A DNA stretch of 64,000 nucleotides from the human T2T-CHM13v2.0 reference genome, Homo sapiens: NCBI RefSeq assembly GCF_009914755.1, contig NC_060935.1; one strand, given 5' to 3'. Under the pieces are notes generated by a model that was given only the letters and a program-made list of their open reading frames with translations, was not told the origin of the DNA and made no database searches. Shown here in pieces: positions 11,869 to 22,930 of the stretch. The position numbers and the translations under genes were made by a program. The first letter of the stretch is position 1. The number at the start of each line of letters is the position of its first letter.

Positions 11869-14245
11869 TGAGAACTATGTTGGCTGGCAGGTTGGTTGGC
11901 TACATGCAGAATGGAAGGATGGTGGGGGAATGGTTGGCTGGAGAGATGAATGAGTAAATGAGTTCCTATGTGCTGTGGAGGCAAGGAGAGCTTGGCTGGG
12001 AGAGGGTGGATTCCTGGCCATAAAGGACTCCAGAAGTTCTTTCCCAAGGCCTCAAGGGAAGAGCTAGAACCCATTGTGAGAAAATGCAGCAGGGCTGTGT
12101 ATACAACATTCTCTTCCTGTACAGTTAAGCCCCAAACACTTCGAGGTCCCATGGAGCCAGCTGACTGAATTTGAGCTAAGTGGCCTTTACCCTGGGGGGA
12201 AAAAGAAAAAGACATTTACCCCGAAAGTCCTCTCCTGCTCTCTTCAGAAGTATATTAATTTTATAATGTCAGAGACAGAACCGTAAACTCTCCTTCTTAG
12301 AGGATTGTTGCCAGAACCCTTCTTGCTGAGGAGCACTGAGCCGCTCCGCTCCGGCCCCCATGAGCAGCAGAGAGGGTGGGAATCAGCTATTTGACAAGTG
12401 AGGCTTGCAAAGGTCACTCCTGCTGGGGGGCTGGCCCTGGAAGGAGCAGAGAAGCCCTGCTCACTCTTTCTTTCCTGCCTCTCCCTTGCTCGGCCTCGGA
12501 AGTGGTGAGGACTGCCTCCAGGTTCCTGTACCAGACCAGAAGATCCTGGGAAGAGCTTCTAAAATCTAGCATTCTCTTCAAAGATGGGCTGGTATGTATG
12601 GTGTGTCTGCCTGGAGGCAGAGGAGTGATTGCAGAAGATGTCCTGCCAGAGGAGGTCAAAGTGCGGTCTTTGGTGGGCCACCTGCAACTTAGCCATGGGG
12701 GGTGCTTCTGAAAATGCAGACGACCAGCCCTCATCTTCAGTCCTGATGAATCAGTTGCGGAAACCCCAAATCTGTTTTTTTTTTTTTTGTAATGTTTCTC
12801 AAGTAGGCATCCTGAAGTTTGAGAACTATGCTATAAGGAAATTGTTTCCCCAAGGCTGTATCTAAACAGTCCCAGCTCCAGCTGGCAGTGATAGGAGGCA
12901 GCTGAGGTTTATTTTTTCTATTTTTACCCACCTTCTAAACACTAAGAGGCAGCTGAGGTTTAAAGGCAAAGATGCTGGTAGTGAGGCTTGAATGCCCCTT
13001 AACCTTTATAAGACTATTTATTCATCAATAAAATTGGGGTTAATAACCTCTATCTCAGAGGGCTGTATGCAGATTAAAGGGAAGTTCCAAGCATAGTGAC
13101 TGGTGCCCAGGGGTCCCTTAATGTTTGCTGAGATTGGGTCAGGCATAAAAAGAAGTGTTGGTCCCAATGCCTGTGTGTAGGGCCTGAAAGAAATAGAATA
13201 AACTTAAGGAAATTTACACTGTGGCCCCTTGAAATTTGTAATCTATGTTACACGTGTTTTCAACTTCCCAGTTGAGCTCTTTTTATGGATTCTTTTCTGT
13301 AAGTGTACACAACAACATAAAGCCTTTAGGCCAAATCTGTCTCACTTGACCTTAAGCTGCCCACTTGACATTTTTAATGAAACATTTTGTTTTACTTAAT
13401 GATTTCATGTACTTAGTCTAGTAAGACCTTATCCCCTACCAGTAAAGAGCTTGCCAAGCTTTGTGGATAGGCGAAAATCAACATTCTTTCTCTGATGGTA
13501 TACCTGCAGGAAAAGAGAGACAAAGGAAGTTTTAACAGTTTATTCGAATTTAAAAAGTATGCATCATCTGAAGAGTCTGGGTTGCAAACTTCGCAAGACA
13601 GGTTGATCGCATGATGTAAGGGGGACATTCTCTGATGGTTTATTTCCTTCGTCCTTGTGCCCATCCCATTGCTGGGTGGTGAACACTTGTCAAAGAAACT
13701 CATTCAAATGCTTTCTCACCCAATGTGTTGGATTCCCTGTGATTCATTACATTATTTTCTTCCTGAAGAAATCTGAACACAGAGAACTTGAAGCTGCAGG
13801 GGGAAAACATTGCTGATTTGTTCTAGGACATGTAGACATTCATGTTCCATCGGGACAGGAGGATTGAGCAGATGACAACTGGAGACTGTGCTCATTTCCC
13901 ATCGATGAAATGCCCTCGGCTCAGTAGAATCCCCTATTTTAGAGAATTGCAGAGCTATTTGCTGGAAATAAAGTGACAGCTTCAGAAGTGATTCACAGAT
14001 TTGGATGAACATGAAGGTTTAGGTTTTTCAGGTCATCACCTGGTGTCCAATGGCAGGAATATTCTGAAGTGCCAAAGTTAATCACTGTGGCTCCCACGGT
14101 ATCCCCTGAGTTTGTAATGCATGACTCTGAGGCCCACTTTTGGGTAATGGTGAGTTCTGGGAAAGTATCTTCTTCCACCTGGAGGCAGAAATCATGTGTG
14201 CCCCTGCTAAAGTCCACAGGTCTTTTTTAAGAATTTCAGGCATTA

Positions 14246-14507
14246 TGTTCTCACTCATAAGTGGGGATTGAGCAGTGAGAACACACGGACACAGGGAGGG
14301 AAACATCACACACTGGGGCCTGTCAGGGGGTGGGGGGCAAGGGGAGAGAGAGCATTAGGACAAATACCTAATGCATGTGGGGCTTAAGACCTAGATGACA
14401 GGTTGACGGGTGCAGCAAACCACCATGGCACATGTATACCTGTGTAAGAAACCTGCACGTTCTGCACATGTATCCCAGAACTTAAAAAATAAAAAGAAAA
14501 AATAGAA
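14246..14507 (+). mobile_element. 5'-truncated L1PA (L1PA7/8-like) 3' end with poly-A and TSD
   Basis: L1 3' UTR (tgttctcactcataagtggg...tatcccagaacttaaa). Exact 17-bp TSD aagaatttcaggcatta at 14229-14245 and 14508-14524. Confidence 0.95.
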
Positions 14508-17114
14508 AAGAATTTCAGGCATTAAGAACTATTCTCAGCCACTTGATCAAAACTGATCGATGGCAAGCACCAGGCCTGTAACTGTGCACTTCAGTTGGAA
14601 TAAAATGAATTACACGGAGTTTGGGGTATGGGCTTCCCCTCTCCCTTTCAACATTTGTATGGCTGCTAAAAATCTATACATTTAAATATACTTCACCATT
14701 GTTATTCATAAAAGCTGCATGCAGTCTCTACCTCCCCAGTTTCGATCGCATAGGCCACAACTCAAAGAACTGGGGCATCTCTGGGCTCATGCACTTCCAG
14801 CAAGCAGATGGCTGTGTTCCCTAAACTGAGCAGTATTAAGCTTGAGGAAAGAGAACAGTCAGAGGCTAGGCTGAGATGGCTTTTCCATAAACCTGGCAGA
14901 ACATGATCAATGGGACACAGAGGACTGACTGTTAAACTGGGTCTACAATAAAAGGGCAGGGATAAATCAGTGTCAGAGACCTAGAGAGGTCATCTTCATA
15001 CTTAGCAATGGGCCATCATTTCCCTCCCTGCAGCTCCTGCTCCCCACCTGGCCTGTGGCTGCAGGTGGTCTTGAGCCCTCTTTGTGTGACCCGCACCATA
15101 CTGTGGCTCTGCCTCCATTTTTCCCTGGGGCCCTTGGATCTTAGATTTCGCCTTCCCCCGTATCATTCTCCAGGTGTCTGTCTCCTATGCCAGCAATTGC
15201 CCCATCTCCTCCTGCTTATCTCCTCCAGCCTGTGCTGGTTCCCTCCCGTCCTCTTCTCTGAATTATTCCCAGGATATTCACTCTCCAAGGAGAAGTATCC
15301 TTTGATGCCCATAGTTTTTCTATGATTGTATCAAAGATGGATAGATGGACTAGATAGTTGTGGTTACAATAAAAAAAGTTCATGGGCAAAATGGGCCACA
15401 AAGACACACAGCCTCGAATGTTCCACTCTCAGGCAGTGGATATTAACACTTGCCCTGTGTCACAAAAGGGATTCCGTGTGCTGGGCCTCTCAGTGGACTG
15501 GTTCACACATCCCCAATGACAGAGAAGCAGGAAGCAGGGTCCCAAGGTCTGGCTATAGCCCAGATTCTAGCCAAAGTAGAATTTCTTTAATAATTCAAAT
15601 TTTGTCTTTATAATTAATTAAAATGTTATATGCTTCTCCAGAATATATATTTATCTGTTTTAAAATATGCTTGTCTCTAAAATCTTTGGATAAAATATAT
15701 ATGCCTTAGGAAAATATGTACTTCTCACCGTATTACCATGTAGGCTCAGGGGCAGAGTTCCCTATTTGGGAAACATAGACAATCATTGTCACAATAAATT
15801 TTTGCCAGTAATGCAGTCATCCCTGTAATGCAGGAGAGGAGACTGAGGCTCAAAAAGGTTAAGTGAGTTTTCTGAGATCACCTAGGGCTTGGATTAAAAA
15901 TTTAGTCCCAAATGCTTATCCCTCCTCTACCCATTCTATTAAGTACTTTGCCTTCCTCTCTGGCCTGTAGCCCTTGTCACTTGCAGAGGCAGTGTGGAAC
16001 TTCGAAGCTGTTCAAGACATCCAATTTTCAGAGAGCGTGGAGGCTGCAGCTGGCCTGTCACCGAACAGCATCAGCTAGAACTTTAGAGGGAATGGGGCCT
16101 CCATTCCTCCCATATGTAGAACTGGATTGTGGATTCAGCTGCTGTCTCCAAGAAGGACAATTGTCAGAGTCAAGGAAGGTTAATGTGCCCTTAGCAGAGA
16201 TGTGCCATCTGAAAGCCTGGGGGCCACCTCTATAGAGGATCCACGAGTTCCTGGCAGCCTAGGCAAATCACAACTCTGGCCTGGCCTTCTCCTCCGAGGG
16301 GTGGATGCAAATGGATGGACCGGGCTGTTTTTCCTTCAAAGTTCCAGGCATTGTCTTAGGCAGGTGCAGCTTCCAGGAGGAGATAGGTGGTGGTGGTAGT
16401 GGTAGTAGTGGTAATCTGGGCCCCCTAGGGCTGACTCCCAGGCAGCAATGCCCAGATGGTCAGGCTGACCTCACTTCAGGGAGTAGTGGGCGATGCAGGG
16501 CCAGGCCTGGGGCTCTCCCTGGACAGCTTCCAGGACAGCAAGTCTCAGCCACCTTGGGCAAAGTCATGATGATGTCCAGGAGGGCTATTTGATGACCTCT
16601 GCTCCTGGCTGTCCTTTGTTGGAATTCCCTGCTCCTGCAGATACAAACCAGATGCCTCTGTCCAGCATGATGGCTTCCTCTTCAGCTCATCTCCTACTTT
16701 TCCACCTGTCATTGACCTGCGGCCACTCCAAAGCCACCACTCTCCTTTGTCTTCCTCATCAGTTCTGGCTGTTGCTTCTGCCAGGAACGGCTTCCCCAAT
16801 GTGACTGCCTGGGTGCACCCACTCATCCTGCAAGAGTCAGCTCCGGTGCCACCTCCTGTAGGCAGGCCTCCCTACCCATCCCTGCCTGGGCCAGGCAGGT
16901 TGCATCTGTGCTCCCACAGCCTCCTGTGGCCACCCCACGTCACAGCTGTTAGCTCTACTCCTCTGCTCTATTGCTGGACTTAGAGCTTCTTGAGGCCTCT
17001 TTTTCTCCAGTGCCATATGAGAGGTGCTGAGTAAACAGTTTTTGGATAAATAAATGACAAAGATTGCCACCCTGTGGGATTTGGCTAAGCAAGAAGAATG
17101 GGGGCCTGCCAACA

Positions 17115-17352
17115 GTAACAATAATGGCTAACGCTGTCATTTATTGATTGCAGACTGTGTGCCAAGTATGATAACAGGCAGTTTGCATATATTACTTCAT
17201 TTAATCCTCAGCACAGCCTTTGAGATTGATCATTTCCATTTTACAGGTCAGAAAAACTGAGCCTCAGTTTTTCCAAAGTCACAAGACAAGGGGGTAGCCT
17301 AGCCAGGATTTGAATGGAAGTCTGTCTGATGGAAACATTTATGCTCTTAGCC
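17115..17352 (-). mobile_element. MIR
   Basis: catttaatcctca...ccattttacaggtcagaaaaactgag...ccaggatttgaa. Confidence 0.75.
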
Positions 17353-17356
17353 AGCA

Positions 17357-18251
17357 TGTTAGTCAGGGTTCTCCAGAGAAACAGAACCGATAGGGTAATG
17401 TGTGTGTCTGTGTACGTATTAGTCTGTTTTCATGCTGCTAATAGAAACATACCCGAAACTGGGAAGAGAAAGAGGTTTAATTGGACTTACAGTTCCACAA
17501 GGCTGGGAAGGTCTCAGAATCATGGCAAGAGGCAAAGGGCACTTCTTATGTGGCGGTAGCAAGAGAAAAAATAAGGAAGAAGCAAAAGCAGAAACCCCTG
17601 ATAAACCCATCAGATCTCGTGAGACTTATTCACTATCACGAGAATAGCACGAGAAAGACCAGCCCACATGATTCAGTTACCTCCTCCTGGGTGCCTCCCA
17701 CAATGCGTGGGAATTCTGGGAAATACAATTCAAGTTGAGATTTGGGTGGGGCACAGCCAAACCATATCAGTGTATATGTGCATGTATCTACAAGAAGGGA
17801 TTTATTAGGGGAATTGGCTCCCACAATAGGCCATCTGCAAGCTGGAGACTCTGGGAAGCCGGTAGCATGGTTCAGTTCACATCCAAAGACCTGAGAAATA
17901 TGAAGCTGACAGTGTAACTCTCAGCCTGAGGCTGAAGTCCTGAGAAGCTGTCAAGGCTGCTGGTGCAAGTCCCAGCGTCCAAAAGCCAGATACCGTGAGC
18001 TCTGATGTCCAAGGGCAGGAGAAGATGTGTGGAGCAACTCAAGAGGGGAGAGACAGAGAATCTGCCTTTTTATTCTATCTGGGCTCCCAGCCGATTTGAT
18101 GGTGCCCGCCCACATTGCATGAGGGCAGATTTTCCTTACTCAGTCCACTGATTCAAATGCTAACCTCTCCTAGAAACACCTAATAACACTTTTCCAGCTA
18201 TCAGGGTATCCCTTAATCCAGTCAAGCTGACACCTAAAGTTAATCATTACA
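17357..18251 (-). mobile_element. MLT2B-like ERVL solo LTR, interrupted by THE1A
   Basis: tgttagtcagggttctccagagaaacagaacc ... ccagtcaagctgacacctaaagttaatcattaca termini. Confidence 0.85.
17415..17769 (-). mobile_element. THE1A solo LTR (MaLR)
   Basis: (c)gtattagtctgttttcatgctgct...acagccaaaccatatca. 5-bp TSD gtgta at 17410-17414 and 17770-17774. Confidence 0.9.
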
Positions 18252-19323
18252 ACCATCAGCTCACAGCAGCTAGAGCTTGAGCTTAGACAGGTGCCTGGTG
18301 GCCCTGGTGTCTCATACCACAGTCTGCAGTATGGGCTGACCTCAAACCATCTCCAGTCCTCCCAGGCAAGGCCGTGGGCCCAGCAGGCTCTTCCCTGGGG
18401 ACCTGCTTCTCTGTGACTGAGTTGCCCAGTGCTCCCTTCCTCGCTCCTATCTTGTGTCCCCATAATCCCTCCCCTTGCCTCCCCTGACTCCACCTGATTG
18501 TGGGAAAGGAAAAGGTGAACATTAAGGTGTATGAGCCATGATTGTTTGTTTGTGTGACAAGAAGCTGATGTGTTGGTGAGTATACTCCCATCCACACTGG
18601 GCCTCATCCTGTCTGCAGGAGCTCTGACATTGATGAATGAGTCTTTCAAAGTCAGTCCTCACTTTGCGGAGAAGCCAGCTCTCCTGAGAAGTCTGGTTGC
18701 CAGCAGCAATCAGCAGCCCTGCCCACAAGCCCGTGCCACCTGGGCTGGACACCGCCTTTAGCAATCCTTAGAGTAGCAAATGAGGGAGGGGACACCGTGC
18801 GTCTCATCCCTGTGCCCCCAAAGTCAAATTAGAATGCCGCCTCCACCTTGGGCATCACCGACCCAATTGTTTCCTTTCCTTCTATAGCCACGGCCTCTTG
18901 AAGGGCTCCTCAGCCAGCAAGCCTGAGCCAGCTCTTAATTATGTGTGCTAATAATGGGGGTGCTGAGGCCTAGAGAATCTCAAATGGCAGATAATCAAAC
19001 ATTCACTCCAATCTTCTTTGCACTGTGGTTATGCGGTTTTCAGCTGATGTCTGCACATGGGCGGCCTTAGTGTTGATCAGGCTCAGAAGGAAGCCACTCT
19101 TTGAAGAAGGTGAGAGGCTGCCATCATGGCTCCAGGCCTTCCCCACTTCTCTGCAGTCTATACTGGGGATGCAGATGCCATGCCTTTGGGAGGAGAGGAG
19201 AGGAGGAGATAAAGACAAGTGTGCGATGGGTTATTAGTTGTCAAATGGACTTTCACTCATGTCATTGCAGCTCTGAGCAGAGGAAAACGTGACAAGTTCT
19301 TGCGCATTGTAAAGAGAGGGGCA

Positions 19324-19767
19324 TGTACTGGATATTTCCCAACATACCCCTCTAGCACCATTCTTCTCTATCCTGGTCCTGCCAGGCTGACTGCTACCAA
19401 TATTATCAACTGGCCTCCCTCAACCTCAGGCTTTGCACTGGCTTCAGCCAATGGGAGGCACCTGCAGAAGATCCAAGGGCAGGAGGAGAGAGGCCAAGGT
19501 ATTTATTTCCCTGTTTCCCTCTCTGCTTGGTCACGGTCCAAGGGTGGCTGAATCCCTCTGCTAAAGGCTGTAGCACTAGTCCAACAGCTCCAGATCTCCC
19601 AAAGTTCCAGAAACTTCCCATTGCCCTTGCCCTTTTAGATTCAAGATACTTCCCCATGGCCTGTGGCTCCCTGAACTTTCCCCACACCTTTGTAAAGTCC
19701 CTTTGACTCTGTCCAATTACCCCTTTGAGTATGCTGTCTATTTCCTACCAGAACCCTGCCCAATAGA
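19324..19767 (+). mobile_element. ERVL solo LTR, LTR33/LTR41-like
   Basis: Starts tgtactgg; agccaatgggaggcacc...ggtatttatttccc...cacacctttgtaaa...tttgagtatgctgtc. Confidence 0.75.
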
Positions 19768-19849
19768 AGTATTGTCAGACGTAGCCGCGGCCTTATCAAG
19801 AGAGAAAAACTGGCTCACAGCCCTCTCCCATCAGCCAACCCCATCCTGG

Positions 19850-20825
19850 TAAGAGAAGGCCTGAGACTGTGAGTCTTTTGGGGAATACAATGAGTTTCCC
19901 ATCCCCTGTCCATTCCAAGCCAAGTAAAGGAAGCTTCAGGAAAATCACATATTGAAAGAGGGTGTTGACTACAAATGGGAAACCTGACCCCACCCACTGC
20001 TGGGTACTTAAGCTGTAGAAAGTCAGAGGCCTGTCCCTAGTTCTGCTGGAGTGGAGCTGAGAGAGGCTCTTGGGAGCTGCCTGCGTGGGCAGAGTTTGAA
20101 GGCTTAGGATATCTCCTGAAGGCCGGATGGGCCAGTAGAGATTAACGAGGCTTGAGCTGTCTTGAAAGATGGCTGCCCTGAGAACTGGCTAGAAGAGGAG
20201 ACCAAGGAGGCTGTGTGGGTCACCCTTGCATTGGAGATGAGGGGAGTCGTGAGAGATCAGTGGGGAGCCCATTGCCCTGTTGGGGAACTGCCTGGTGGAG
20301 CTTTCCCAGGGATATTTTAAAGAACCTACATGGGAGAAAGCCTGCATTTGGACATCTTCCAGGCCATTCAATAGCCAAAGAGAACCACCAACAGCTTGAA
20401 TCAAAAAAAAGGTAACCTTTCTCCCTGCCCTGACCCTGAAGGAGTCAGGGTATGCACAGACCATGAGGGAGGAAGAAGGGGAAGGCCAGGAGGGAGAATG
20501 AGCAGCAAGCTGGTTTCCTACCCATTGCAGATTCTCTAGGCTGGGACGGGGTGGGATGGAGAGAAGCCTTAAATTGAATGAGAGAGTGAAGTTTTGATTT
20601 AGGTCAATCTGGATTTTTTTATAATGGGATTGAATGGAGAGAGTTAATAGTCAAGAACCTTTGAAAGGTTAAGGGATTTGATCTGCATACCATGGGGCGG
20701 GTGTTAAGCAGGGGTGAGGAGGGGGCACTCAGAGAGCTGGTTTGAATGGCTGTAGTGACAGGACAAAAGGCTGTTTCCTGATTCTACTCCCACCAAGTCC
20801 AACTATTTAATAAATTGTCTCTAAA
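19850..20825 (+). mobile_element. Gypsy-like solo LTR (MamGypLTR-like)
   Basis: About 1 kb; caatgagtttccca near the start, gagaagccttaaattgaatgagagagtgaagttttgat, ends tgtttcctg...aataaa. Matches my recall of MamGypLTR. Confidence 0.55.
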
Positions 20826-21444
20826 GCCACTTAAGTCTTTGAGATTTTGCAAGACTACAAATTAAATAGAAACATAAAGGGAAAGTATTTCTCTAATACA
20901 GGATTGAAAACAAATCAAGAAGGTGGTGATGTTAATACAAATAAAAAGTTAAAGACAAATTGACAGGTCTTTTCTTGTCCCCCAAACTACATTTAGGATA
21001 AACTATAGATGAAATCCACATTTATTTCCATAGTTTTACAACTTGTACTGAACAGGGGCTCTGCTAGACCATGTTGGGGGATGCAGGTAACTTGGACAGA
21101 GATGTAGAAATGAATAGGATACATTCCTTGCTTATCTAGGATCTTGCGATCTTGTGGAATACTTGATTGTATCCTGTTCTTTATTATTCCCACAAGCGGT
21201 AGGCTCCTGAGAACAGAACCCATAGCAGATAATCTCTTACACATTTACTAACCATCTGCCGCAGGCGAAGAACCTAAAAGTCCTAAGTCACATGGCTCCT
21301 AGCCCAAGCTGGGCTCATGGCAGGCATGCAACAAAAACTGAAATTTCACGGGGTGGGTGTGATGGGCCTGCACAAACCCCTCACGTAGAGCTGCGCGGGG
21401 AGTATGAGAGCCCTTGGTTTGCTCTGGGCTGGCTTCACACACCT

Positions 21445-22210
21445 TCTTGAGTGTTTATTTTCCAAGCATCTATCAAATTCCTACTCTATGCTAGGCATAG
21501 AGGACTGTAGCAATGAATAAGATCCCATCTTTGCCTTCAAAGAACCTGATATCTAGCAACAGAGATGGATAAAGTAGACCACAAACAGCAATAAAACATT
21601 TTAGGGGCCATGCTAGGAGAAAGCCGGGCTCAGTGGAGGTCGGTGAGAACAGTGATAGGTTTGACCAGGGCTGGGGACAGGAAAAGGCTTTACATGGAGA
21701 CGGTGCTTAAGTGAAGGAGGAGAAGGATGTTCTAGGCCTAAGGAGCAGCTCAGAAAGATCCCAGGGGCTTGCCTGGGAAATGAGGTGTGAGGGGCTAGGC
21801 AAGGGTTATGCCTGTGGCAACAGGCAAGCTGGCCAGGTCCTGTTTGGCTTACAGGAAACGCTGAGAAGTTTGGACTTTACTATTTAGGGAGCTACCAGAA
21901 GGTTGTAACTGGGGGAAGTACTGCCATCAAATTTGCATTTTGGCAAGATAAACTCTGGCGGTGAGTGGAGCAAAGGTTGTCAGATAGGATCGAAAGTGGG
22001 GAAACCGGTCAGGATGCTGTGGCACTGGCCCCAGCAAGATGGAATGTGGGCGTCCACTTGCAGAGGTCAGGCCAGAGGCCAGAGCTTTTAGGAGGAAGAC
22101 TTGACCAGAACTGACAGATGGGCTGGAGGAAATGGAGGGGGAGGCATAAGGAGCTCCCCCAGAGCTCTGGCCTGGACTGGGTGGCTGGTGGACAGGTGGG
22201 AGAACCTCAT
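21445..22210 (-). mobile_element. L2 fragment
   Basis: ctactctatgctaggca...gtttggactttactatt...atttgcattttggcaagat...aggatgct pattern of antisense L2. Confidence 0.7.
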
Positions 22211-22399
22211 TCCAGCTGGCTCTGATCTGGCCGCAATCGACTCCTGGCCCGCAATCACCCCCAGGGCCTGGGTAGGCAAGGCTGGGATGCTGCCTCTGTG
22301 CTCAGAATCAGCCAGGCTGAGCCCCCTGGGCCCAAGATGGGCATCTGTACTCCAAACCAGGCATTATGCAAGTCCCCCGCTCAGCTCAGCGCTGTCTCC

Positions 22400-22930
22400 A
22401 GGCCAAGAGGCTTCAACGGAGTTCCACAAAATTATATTTTCCTCTTTGAAAGCAGCCTTTGCAAACAGAGCATTGCTTAATTGAGAAGATATTTAGATCT
22501 GTGTATCTCTTGTAAGGTGCAAGGCTCCCCATGGTGACATTTTAATGGCCAGGGGCATGGGGAGGAAGGTAAACACTCTTTACCTTTGCCGCAGCCTGGG
22601 AATTCTCCTCGTTTGTCAGATATGATTAGCTGTTACCCTTCTGGTCTTCCATTGTTATTCAGGTCCCTGCTTGTCACAGTTACACCCCTTTGGAAGCTCA
22701 CGCCTCGCTTTCTCTCCAGCTCTCTCTCCCTCTGGTGGCACCCTGACTGGCTAGTAATTTATGTATGACAATATGAGACTAATTCGGTTATTATGTCAAA
22801 GGGAAATTGAATCTAGGGTTTTAGTGCCGCATCTGGGAGAAATCTTCAAATGAATCTGGAGTGCAGAAAAAAGCCTCAGAGTTCGATTCATCCGCTTGTC
22901 ACCCTGTCAGCAAGATTAAGTCATTATAGA
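22400..22930. promoter_or_regulatory. Candidate conserved non-coding enhancer
   Basis: Unique AT-richer block with CTTTGAA (22444), TTAATTG, TAATTTATG and several TGACA/TGTCA. Inference only. Confidence 0.35.

Noticed and set aside
13200-14220. Possible processed pseudogene or transposase remnant (three minus-strand ORFs)
   Set aside because: Translations matched no family I recognise; no poly-A or TSD.
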